From: an uncultured delta proteobacterium
GTDB lineage: Bacteria; Desulfobacterota; Binatia; Bin18
NCBI GenBank assembly: GCA_963733195.1
Contig: CAVTCR010000073.1
Coordinates: 160,001-224,000 of the forward strand
Length of the DNA: 64,000 bases
Reading direction: 5' to 3'
The notes under the pieces were generated by a model, which made no database searches, had not been told where the DNA came from, and was given only the letters and a program-made list of their open reading frames with translations. Position 1 is the first letter of the stretch, and every line of letters starts with the position of its first letter. Shown piece by piece: positions 1 through 8,775 of this stretch. Both the position numbers and the translations under genes were made by a program.

Positions 1-4
1 AGTC

Positions 5-1168
5 GTGATGATTACTGCCTTTGGGACGATTGAGAGTGCCGTAGAAGCGATGCGCGGAGGAGCATTCTATTACCTCACCAAGCCGTTCAAAAGTGCGGAC
101 CTCCTGTTCATCGTACAAAAGGCTCTGGAAGAAAAACATCTGCGGACCGAGGTCCTGCGATTACAGAAGGAAGTCGAATCTCACTATCACTTCGACCAGA
201 TCATTGGCAAAAGTGCGGCTATGCAGCAGGTGTTTGAGTTGGTCGAGCGTGTCAAAGAAAGTCCGGTCAACATCCTGCTGACCGGTGAGAGTGGCACAGG
301 AAAGGATCTGCTCGCGCGCACGCTACATTACCAGAGTGGACGGAAGCACTCTCCTTTTGTCCCAGTGAATTGCGCTGCGATCCCGGAACAGTTACTCGAA
401 AGCGAACTGTTCGGCTATGTTCGTGGGGCGTTTACTGATGCCCGGAAGGATAAGAAAGGGCTGTTTGTTGAAGCCGACGGAGGGACCTTATTCCTCGATG
501 AAGTAGGCGAATTGCCGTTGCTCCTGCAAGCGAAGCTGCTCCGCGTGATCGAAGACAAAGAAGTCCGCCCACTCGGTGCGACCAAGGTAGAAAAAGTTGA
601 TGTGCGGATTATTGCGGCGACTAATCGTGACATGCGTGGTACGGTCGAGCGAGGAGAATTTCGCCAAGATCTCTTCTATCGGCTGAGTGTCGTCGACATC
701 CACATCCCGTCACTACGTGAGCGACCGGAAGATTTGCCATTACTGCTACAGCATTTCATCACTCGCTCGTCCCAAGCCTCGCAAGTACGACGATTGTCCG
801 CTGATGCGCTACGCATTCTGTTGAATTATCCATGGCCGGGAAACGTCCGTGAATTGGAAAATACTATTGAGCGTGCCCTCGTATTATGTCGGGGGGAGGA
901 GATTACACCTAACGATCTGCCAGCGCACCTCACTGCTAGTAAACCTCAAGTCTCCGGGCTAGAACACGCCCTCCTGCGACGTCGCTCCTTGGCTGACCTC
1001 GAACGGGAATATATTCGCCTCGCACTTGAGTTCACCGAAGGTAAAAAGAAAGAAGCTGCAGATATTCTTGGCATCGACCGCAAGACGTTGTATCGCAAGC
1101 TGGAGGAATACGACAAAGAAGACGGCGAGCCAACAAATGTGTCGACGAGTATGACGTCGATAATATGA
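5..1168 (+). CDS. Sigma-54-dependent NtrC/AtoC-family response regulator (5' end outside window)
   Basis: End of receiver domain (ITAFG..AVEAMRGGAFYYLTKPF), Walker A GESGTGKD, GAFTDA loop, LFLDEVGE Walker B, WPGNVRELEN, C-terminal Fis HTH (AADILGIDRKTLYRKL). Confidence 0.95.
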   Translation: MMITAFGTIESAVEAMRGGAFYYLTKPFKSADLLFIVQKALEEKHLRTEVLRLQKEVESHYHFDQIIGKSAAMQQVFELVERVKESPVNILLTGESGTGKDLLARTLHYQSGRKHSPFVPVNCAAIPEQLLESELFGYVRGAFTDARKDKKGLFVEADGGTLFLDEVGELPLLLQAKLLRVIEDKEVRPLGATKVEKVDVRIIAATNRDMRGTVERGEFRQDLFYRLSVVDIHIPSLRERPEDLPLLLQHFITRSSQASQVRRLSADALRILLNYPWPGNVRELENTIERALVLCRGEEITPNDLPAHLTASKPQVSGLEHALLRRRSLADLEREYIRLALEFTEGKKKEAADILGIDRKTLYRKLEEYDKEDGEPTNVSTSMTSII

Positions 1169-1226
1169 ACTGCCGATTGACCTGTCTGGTGTAAGAGCAA
1201 CCCTCTGTGGTGGTCCTTTGTCATTA

Positions 1227-2465
1227 TCAGGGAAGCGGAGCTGGACCAACATACTGCGCGCGTGGACGAATAAGTTGATCGAGTTGGTACTGTTCAATGG
1301 CGTGACCGATCCAGCCGATCGTGCGCCCTATAGCAAAGAGGGCTAGCGCTGCGCCAGACGGAAGCTGCAGTGCACTGCTCAGTGTTGTAAGCGCGAAGTC
1401 AATCGTTGGGGATTGTCCGATCGTTCGCTGTACTTGATCGATAACAGCTCTCCCGAGGGTGACTGCCGAAGCACGGGGATATGTCTGAGCGATCAATTCG
1501 AGTAATGCCTTACCGCGCGGGTCGCCGTCGGGGTACAGTGGATGGCCAAAACCAGGAAGCCACTCTCCACGTTTCAAACGGTTTGAGATGATTGTTCGCA
1601 CCTGAGACGGTGTCTGTACTTCGCGTAAAAATGCCTCAACTTGATCGGTGTACCCACCGTGCTTTGCGCCTTGCAGTGCAGCTAAACCTGCGGTGACAAC
1701 TGCGTACGGTGTTGAGTTTGCCGACGCCACACACCGAGCAGTGAATGCCGAGACATTGAGTTCATGATCTGCACACAGAATCAATGCAGCTCGTAAAAGT
1801 GCGGTCGCTTCGGGCTGCTGCGGGGCCCAGCCTTTTTGTAACGTCTGGGCAATGCCGTGGCTACTGTTCTGCTGGCCAACCCCGACGAGGGTTAGCAAGC
1901 GGAGAATACGTGCGCCAGTCTGGGCGACGGCCAACGGGCGGAAATCATACGCTGCCAAATCTTCGACTGCTGCCATCGGTAGCAATATCTGAAATAGTTC
2001 GACCGGAGCCAAGTCCGTCAGTATGTTGGATAGCCGTTTATGCATAGTTACACAGCGTGACGCAAGCTTTTGGTTCGTGGTGTCGAAAAGAGGTACGGGC
2101 TCGGTGACAAGATCCCCGAGCCAGAGTAACGCAGCAACCTCCTCAACGCTCCTAGTCATTGCGAGAGTCACTGCATCGTGCCCACGGTAATACAATCGTC
2201 CATCAGTGATAAGTGTGAGAGCCGACTCAAGCACTGGTGATCCTAAGTGCAAAGCTTTGGCCGCTACCTGCGCAGGGTTGCGACGTATTTCTTTGCGTTC
2301 TTTAAGATGCTCTACATCGTCCCGGTGATAGCGGTGCACCCGTTTGCTGCCGTCGGCAGCTTCGGAACGAATCAATCCTCGACTCACATACGCATACAGG
2401 GTTGCTGCACTCACTCCTAATGTCTCAGCTGCTTCCTGCGCGCTGAGATACTGCCCTTTTCCCAT
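1227..2465 (-). CDS. Citrate synthase family protein with N-terminal excisionase/MerR-like HTH (probable regulator or bifunctional enzyme)
   Basis: N-terminal YLSAQEAAETLGVSAATLYAYVSRGLI HTH; citrate synthase motifs ADHELN.S.FTAR, GAKHGG, PGFGHPLY..GDPR, TIDF, GR.IGWIGH..EQ. Confidence 0.88.
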   Translation of the reverse strand: MGKGQYLSAQEAAETLGVSAATLYAYVSRGLIRSEAADGSKRVHRYHRDDVEHLKERKEIRRNPAQVAAKALHLGSPVLESALTLITDGRLYYRGHDAVTLAMTRSVEEVAALLWLGDLVTEPVPLFDTTNQKLASRCVTMHKRLSNILTDLAPVELFQILLPMAAVEDLAAYDFRPLAVAQTGARILRLLTLVGVGQQNSSHGIAQTLQKGWAPQQPEATALLRAALILCADHELNVSAFTARCVASANSTPYAVVTAGLAALQGAKHGGYTDQVEAFLREVQTPSQVRTIISNRLKRGEWLPGFGHPLYPDGDPRGKALLELIAQTYPRASAVTLGRAVIDQVQRTIGQSPTIDFALTTLSSALQLPSGAALALFAIGRTIGWIGHAIEQYQLDQLIRPRAQYVGPAPLP

Positions 2466-2500
2466 ACGTCAGATCCTCCCTCAGAGACAGAGAAATATAT

Positions 2501-2552
2501 TTTATATTGATCAATAAATCAATGTTGACAATATAAATATAATTCGTACACT
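2501..2552 (+). promoter_or_regulatory. AT-rich palindromic operator overlapping a sigma-70 promoter for the Re-citrate synthase gene
   Basis: ATTGAT-N6-ATCAAT (2506-2523); TATTGATCAATA (2505-2516); outer inverted repeat TTTATATTG (2501-2509)/CAATATAAA (2529-2537); TTGACA (2525-2530)-N16-TACACT (2547-2552). Confidence 0.65.
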
Positions 2553-2604
2553 CAGTGCAGAACTCCATCGTTTTCAGGACAATGAGAGAGAGAGGAGGTC
2601 TCCT

Positions 2605-3942
2605 ATGGCAGTCAATCACTACGAAGTACATGACGTATCTGAGCCGAATTTGCTCCGCGACATCTTTCCCTACGACACAGTGCCGAAAGTGGTCTTTGAT
2701 GGTGTCAACGAAGCACTCGATCCTGCACCGGAGTTTTTCATTACCGATACCACCTTCCGCGATGGGCAGCAGGCGCGGCCGCCGTATACAGTGCAACAGA
2801 TCGTTGACCTCTACACGATGCTCCATCGTCTCGGTGGCCCACGAGGGGTGGTCCGCCAAGCCGAGTTCTTTCTCTACTCTGATGTGGACCGCGAGGCGGT
2901 GCAGAAGTGCCTCGAACGTGGATATCAGTTTCCGGAGGTAACCGGCTGGATTCGGGCGGTGAAATCCGACTTTCAACTTGTGAAAGCAGTAGGGTTAAAA
3001 GAGACAGGGATTCTCACTTCATGCTCGGACTACCACATCTTTCTGAAGCTCAAGAAAACTCGTCGCCAAGCGTACGAAGAATACCTGAATGTAGTGACAG
3101 CAGCACTCGATGCCGGGATTCAGATTCGTTGCCACCTTGAGGATGCGACGCGGGCGGATTTCTATGGGTTCGTGGTTCCGTTTGTGTCGCAGTTGATGCG
3201 GCTCCGCGAAGAAAGCGGGATTCCGATTAAGATCCGCGTGTGTGACACTATGGGGTTTGGCGTGCCGTTTCCTGGTGTAGCGTTACCACGGAGCGTGCCG
3301 AAACTGATCCAGGGGTTACGCCGCGAATGTGGTGTACCTCCAGCGTGTTTAGAATGGCATGGGCATAACGATTTTCACAAAGTGTTGGCGAATGCCACCG
3401 CGGCGTGGCTGTACGGCTGCATGTATGCTAACGGGACACTTTTAGGGTATGGCGAGCGCACAGGAAACCCGCCGCTTGAAGGCTTGGTAATGGACTATAT
3501 TTCGCTCACCGGAGACACTAACGGCATAGATACATCCGTTATTACCGAGATCGCATATTACTTTGAACATGAGATTGGCTACCGTATTCCACCAAACTAT
3601 CCCTTTGTTGGTCGAGATTTTAATGTGACACGTGCTGGCATTCATGCTGACGGCCTTTTGAAAGACGAAGAGATCTACAACATCTTTGATACCAACAAAG
3701 TCCTGCGGCGGCCGCCCCGAGTTGCGGTGGATAAAACCTCCGGCACAGCTGGCGTGTCGTGGTGGATCAATACCTATTTCAATCTTGCCAACGTCCGACG
3801 AGTCGAAAAAAGATCCGCAGCCGTGCAGAAAATTGCCGACTGGGTTGATGCCCAATATCGCCAGGAGCGTACGACCTCGATCTCTGACGAGGAGATGTTG
3901 ATGCAGGTGCGACTCCACTGTCCAGAACTTCTGGCTCACTAA
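2605..3942 (+). CDS. Re-citrate synthase-like enzyme (DRE-TIM metallolyase, isopropylmalate/homocitrate synthase family)
   Basis: DVSEPNLLRDIFPY N-terminus, ITDTTFRDGQQARPPY, RQAEFFLYS, CSDYHIFLKL, EWHGHNDF, GERTGN, TRAGIHADG; matches my recollection of Syntrophus/Clostridium Re-citrate synthases; GGAGG RBS. Confidence 0.8.
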   Translation: MAVNHYEVHDVSEPNLLRDIFPYDTVPKVVFDGVNEALDPAPEFFITDTTFRDGQQARPPYTVQQIVDLYTMLHRLGGPRGVVRQAEFFLYSDVDREAVQKCLERGYQFPEVTGWIRAVKSDFQLVKAVGLKETGILTSCSDYHIFLKLKKTRRQAYEEYLNVVTAALDAGIQIRCHLEDATRADFYGFVVPFVSQLMRLREESGIPIKIRVCDTMGFGVPFPGVALPRSVPKLIQGLRRECGVPPACLEWHGHNDFHKVLANATAAWLYGCMYANGTLLGYGERTGNPPLEGLVMDYISLTGDTNGIDTSVITEIAYYFEHEIGYRIPPNYPFVGRDFNVTRAGIHADGLLKDEEIYNIFDTNKVLRRPPRVAVDKTSGTAGVSWWINTYFNLANVRRVEKRSAAVQKIADWVDAQYRQERTTSISDEEMLMQVRLHCPELLAH

Positions 3943-4187
3943 TCGTCAGTATATGATAGGAGAGGCGAACGTTCGTTCCTCGTTTCTTATCGCCTCTTCT
4001 TTCTCACTGCTTCCCTCACCCTCCTGCTGGCACGCTACGGTGTCTTCAGTGTCTCAAGGCACGCAGGTAAGAAATCTCCTTAACAAAAGAATCTCCTTTT
4101 GTTTTCCTCTTTTCTTAGTGGAACACTTTACTTTCCTCTAAAGAATCCGCGCCTCTATCCGATTCTGCCTGTAGGAGGACAATCATC

Positions 4188-4782
4188 ATGAAAAACTTCC
4201 GCTTCTTACTCTCCTATGGGGCTACGGCTGCTCTGGTAGCGTCGTTAGGGCTGGGAACCACGACTGCTCACGCTGGGAACTCCCCTACAGAGGTGCAAGC
4301 CGAGTCCACGACTTCATCTCCGATCGTCCTTGCGGGTATCGAGAGAGTTGCGAAACCGGCAACCGGAAATATAGCAAAGGCGGTCAAGAAGACCCAGGAG
4401 AAATTAGCCAAGGCCGAGGCGAAGCTTGCCAGGCTCCAGAATCAACTGAATGCACTTCAGCAAAAACTTGCCAATGGCGAAATTTCTCAAGCTGAGTTCG
4501 ACGAAAAAAGCCGGAAACTCGAGAACAAGATTGCCGCTGCCGAGCAGAAGGTCGAAGTGGCAGAAGCAAGGATAGAGGTGGCAGAAGCAAGGCAGGCTGA
4601 GAAAGAGGCAAAACGGGCGCTGAAAGCAGCGAAAGAGGCTTTCAAAAAAGGCGAGATTTCCCAGGCTGCAATTAGAGGCAAAGAGGGTGGCGCTAGCAGA
4701 AGCGAAAAAAGACCTTGATGAAGCGAAACAGGAGCTAGCAGACACGAAAAGGGATGATCCTAAGCACAGTCCAAGTGCGTAA
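4188..4782 (+). CDS. Secreted coiled-coil protein with two SHOCT-like GEISQ motifs (apparent frameshift near 4665-4695)
   Basis: Signal peptide ending TAHA; Ala/Lys/Glu heptads; an alternative frame continues ALAEAKKDLDEAKQELADTKRDDPKHSPSA* to 4782; AGGAGG RBS. Confidence 0.6.
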
Positions 4783-4812
4783 GCAGTGCAGAGAACGGTG
4801 GGGGAAAAGAAT

Positions 4813-5981
4813 ATGCGCTTTGCAGTAGGTCTTATCTCGATTGTGATGTTCATAGTCGCTCTCCTGGGGTGTACTCCGTCTTCGCGGCCAATCGGTGTCG
4901 TGCAGCCTGTTGGGACGACAACTCAGGTTAATTTAGAAAGTCCTGTAGTTTCTCCTAGCATTGGCCTGACGTCACCGGGGAATGTGAGGGAGTGGAACGT
5001 TGATCGCGAGTAACGACACCAATGACGCTGAGATGCTCACGAAGTTGTGGTACAAACGTACCCGTGAAGCAGCGCTTGCAGACTATCCTTTAGGCCCAGG
5101 CGATGTACTCGAAATCTCCGTGCCCAACTTGGATGAAATCCAGACCTTTAGTGCACGGATTACTGGGGACGGGACGATCACGCTCCCGCTGGTTGGGGTG
5201 ATCCAAGCCGCAAACTTGACGGAAGCACAACTCCGTGACGAGATCCGTCGCCGCCTGGAAGCAAAATATATGAGACGATCCCCAGGTGAATGTCTTCGTG
5301 CGCGAGTATCGGAGCCGGCAAGTGGCAGTGACCGGTGCGGTGCAAAAACCTGGACTGTACAGCCTCACGAATGGGAGTAATACCGTTCTTGATCTGATTG
5401 GGTTGGCAGGAGGCATGACTCCAGAGTCTGCACCACGTGTGCTACTGTTTCCGTCCGAATCAACAACACAAGTCTCAAATGGTGCAGCGACTTCTCCAAG
5501 CGCGATGGTGGCTTTCAGTAATGGGCCGCATTCCCAGTTAGTTCCGAAGCCGGACCCCGTTGTGATTAATCTCCAGACCTTGTCTCAGGGAGGAAGTCAG
5601 ATCCATCTGACTATGCCTGTCCGGCCGGGCGATGTGCTGATGATCCCTCCTGGTGGTGAGGTGCTCGTCGAAGGCTGGGTTGAGAAGCCAGGATCATACA
5701 AGATTACTCCTGGACTCACACTGCTGGGATCCATCGTGGCGGCGGGAGGGCCGCATTTTGCCGCGAATTCCTCAGCCGTCGAACTCATTCGTGCAAAGAG
5801 GGATGGGGGAAAAATTTCCTTTGTTGCCGACCTGGAGAAGATCAAACGGGGTGAAAGCCAAGATATCGCCGTCCAGGAAGGCGATATCATTGCCATGCCA
5901 TCCTCACCACTTAAAGTGGGACCGTACGGGGTGTACTCAATCATTACCACTATGGTCCGAGTTGGGGCGTCTATCTACTAA
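4813..5981 (+). CDS. wza: Polysaccharide export lipoprotein, Wza/SLBB family (frameshifts near 5000 and 5280)
   Basis: Lipobox ALLGC; DYPLGPGDVLEISV, DGTITLPLVG, VAVTGAVQKPGLY, SLBB repeats spread over three ORFs. Confidence 0.85.
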
Positions 5982-6110
5982 GTTCAGTTTTTCAGTTGGG
6001 TACCGTGTATCCGGTGGTCGGTCGCACGAGAGCGATAGCGTGCGACACTTGTAGAGTACTGTCTATCGTGGGGGAACTTCTCATTATTTGCGAAACAAAA
6101 GGGCCTTTCT

Positions 6111-8477
6111 ATGCGTGAACTATCTCCATACGTGCTGCAACCGAGCCCGACACCAGACCGGGGAGGGCCTATAGGTTTTCAAGAACCCGTAGTTGAGGAA
6201 GAACCGCATTTGCGCGATTACTGGCGTGTCCTGCACAAGCATAAGCAATTGATTGGAGCATGCGTGCTTGGCGTGGTCGGATTTGCAACTCTTGTGGTGT
6301 TCATGATGACGCCACAGTACACAGCAGAAACAACCTTGTTGGTGGAACGTAAGGCACCGCAGGCACTGAAAGTCGAAGGAGCACAGGCCGAGGCGCTCGG
6401 ACCTGATGAATATGATTACTATAAGACTCAGTACGAACTTCTGAAGAGCCGTGCCCTCGCTGCTCAAGTGATTCAAGAACACAATCTTGAACAGCACGAT
6501 TGGTTCGTGAAGAAAGAACAAAAGGGATTGTTTGCCGACGTCTGGGCGCAGGTCCGCAGTTGGCTCGGAAGAGCCTCAACAAAGACTCCAAGTGAGGATC
6601 AATCGACCGTTGATCCACGGGTGATGAAGACCTATCTGAACCAACTGCAGGTGAAACCATTCCCACGAACACGCTTAGTCAAGGTGCTATTCACTTCACC
6701 AGACCCGGCACTCTCAGCACGTCTCGTCAACGCGCATGCTACAGCGTATATGCATTACGGTGTCGAACTGCGGACGCGGGCGAATATCGAAGCGCAACAG
6801 TTTCTCGAAGAAAAGCTCGTCGAACTGAAAGAGCGAGTCGAAAAGTCGGAAGCTGCTCTCAACGACTACCGCCGTGACAAAGGGATTCTCTCCCTCGATG
6901 AAAAAGAAAATATTGTGGTCGATCGCTTGTCGGACCTGAACAAGCGCTTGACAGAAGCCGAGGCAGATCGCATCGAGTTAGAGGCTCAGGTGCGTCTTGT
7001 TCGTAAGCGTGATTATGCCTCCTTGCCGTCTGTACTCGAGAGCGAACTTATTCACCTGTTGAAAGGGCAATTGGCACCCATGGAGGCGGAATACGCCCAA
7101 CTCTTGGCCCGCTTTAAACCCGACTATCCGAAGGTGGTCGAACTGAAAGCACAGATTGAAGAAACTCGGCAACGCATCAACGCTGAAATCACCCGAGTCG
7201 TGGCAGGGGTTGAATCTGCCTTTCTTGCAGCTGAAGGCAAGGAAACAAGCTTGCGCGAGAAAATGGAGGAGCAAAAAACTGCGACGTTGGGGCTCAAAGA
7301 TGCGTCAGTCAATTATGCAATCCTGGCTCGTGAGGTTGATACCAACCGTCAGCTCTACGACAGCGTCTTGCAGCGGATGAAAGAGATGGGAGTAGCCGCT
7401 GAGTTGCGGAGTTCCAATGTGTCAGTGGTGGACAAGGGAGAGGTTCCGCAATCTCCTTCAAAACCACAAAAGGGAGTAGTTATACTTCTCAGCTCGTTGG
7501 TCGGATTACTTGGCGGGGTTGGGGTCGCATTCTTTCTTGAGTACATCGACAATACAATTAAAACACCAGAGGAAGTCCAACGTCATCTCGGACTTCCCAG
7601 TCTCGGGGTAGTGCCAGACTTCGCGACTATCGCTCATACTGCAGGAAGTGGACCGAAAGTACTTGAGGCTCCGGAGCAAGAGCAAGTTGAGGGTACTGAG
7701 CCGCAGGCTGTTTCTCGTGCACTCACGACATCCCCGCGGACGGAACTCGTGCTCTCTCACCATCCGCTCTCACTGATTGCTGAAGCCTATCGGACGTTGC
7801 GGACGGCGCTTTTTCTTTCCCGTGCAGGCGAAGCACCACGAACGCTGCTTTTTACCAGTGCAACGGAGAGAGAAGGGAAAACGCTCACGACTATCAACAC
7901 GGCGGTGATCTTTGCCCAGATGGGGTTACGGGTAGCTGTGATTGATGCAGACTTGCGCCGCCCTCGTTGTCATAAAGTGCTCGGGGTAAGAAATTGGGCG
8001 GGGCTTACAGAGGTCTTGGCCGGGCAGCGTGAGCTACAGGAAGTTATCAAGCCCACCGCAACAGAGAACCTCTTTCTTTTACCGAGTGGCGCAGTGCCAC
8101 CAAACCCAGCGGAACTTGTGGGCTCACGGAAGATGCAGGAGCTGATGGCCAATCTTCTGCAGCAGTTCGATTGCGTGATCGTCGACACGCCACCAGTGCT
8201 GCCTGTCAGTGATGCGCTCCTGATGACCCGGTTGGTCGATGGGGTTGTGTTGGTGGTCAACGGTCAGAAAACCCCTCGGCATCTGGTGAAGGAAGCACGT
8301 TCGCGGCTCTTATACGCTCGGGCCAAGATTCTGGGGGTGGTCCTCAATCGAGTTGACATGGTGAAAGGTGACTACGCCTATTACTATGGTCACTACTCGT
8401 CTTATTACCGCCGCAATAGTGAAGAGTGGAATGGAAGCCAGAGTGACAATTTCGACCAAAGAAAAATGTCGGCGTAA
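6111..8477 (+). CDS. wzc: Polysaccharide co-polymerase/tyrosine autokinase (Wzc/GumC)
   Basis: Two TM segments, coiled coil, AEAYRTLRT, Walker A EREGKT, IDADLRRP, VDTPP, C-terminal Tyr cluster DYAYYYGHYSSYY. Confidence 0.95.
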   Translation: MRELSPYVLQPSPTPDRGGPIGFQEPVVEEEPHLRDYWRVLHKHKQLIGACVLGVVGFATLVVFMMTPQYTAETTLLVERKAPQALKVEGAQAEALGPDEYDYYKTQYELLKSRALAAQVIQEHNLEQHDWFVKKEQKGLFADVWAQVRSWLGRASTKTPSEDQSTVDPRVMKTYLNQLQVKPFPRTRLVKVLFTSPDPALSARLVNAHATAYMHYGVELRTRANIEAQQFLEEKLVELKERVEKSEAALNDYRRDKGILSLDEKENIVVDRLSDLNKRLTEAEADRIELEAQVRLVRKRDYASLPSVLESELIHLLKGQLAPMEAEYAQLLARFKPDYPKVVELKAQIEETRQRINAEITRVVAGVESAFLAAEGKETSLREKMEEQKTATLGLKDASVNYAILAREVDTNRQLYDSVLQRMKEMGVAAELRSSNVSVVDKGEVPQSPSKPQKGVVILLSSLVGLLGGVGVAFFLEYIDNTIKTPEEVQRHLGLPSLGVVPDFATIAHTAGSGPKVLEAPEQEQVEGTEPQAVSRALTTSPRTELVLSHHPLSLIAEAYRTLRTALFLSRAGEAPRTLLFTSATEREGKTLTTINTAVIFAQMGLRVAVIDADLRRPRCHKVLGVRNWAGLTEVLAGQRELQEVIKPTATENLFLLPSGAVPPNPAELVGSRKMQELMANLLQQFDCVIVDTPPVLPVSDALLMTRLVDGVVLVVNGQKTPRHLVKEARSRLLYARAKILGVVLNRVDMVKGDYAYYYGHYSSYYRRNSEEWNGSQSDNFDQRKMSA

Positions 8478-8493
8478 CGGGGGCATGGGAGTC

Positions 8494-8748
8494 ATCCTCC
8501 GAGGAGCATGACATGGGACGTTTTCGCCCGCATCTGTGCGTGCGTGTCATTCTGAGCCCCACTCCCCTTCGACAAGCTCAGGGTACGCTCAGGACAGGCT
8601 TCGCAAAGAATCTCTCAGAGAGACCCTTCACGGAGTTTATCTTGAGTGTCCTTCGACTTCGGTGCTGCGCACCTACGCTCAAGATGAGCGGACGCGAAAG
8701 GTTCAGGGTGATACCTCCCGTGTGCCAATCTCATGCCTTGTCGTTTAG
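8494..8748. mobile_element. MITE-like element, copy 1 (expanded by nested palindromic insertions)
   Basis: Right end GTGTGCCAATCTCATG...GTTTAG and inner TGTCATTCTGAGC...GAATCTC and GACCCTTC...CAGGGTGA shared with copies at 29886 and 58861; left end degraded. Confidence 0.6.
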
Positions 8749-8775
8749 GGTCGTTTCTTCCCTGATGAATAATCT

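Noticed and set aside
4026-4046. Sigma-54 promoter at CTGGCACG upstream of the EPS locus
   Set aside because: The -12 TTGC element is missing at the required spacing.
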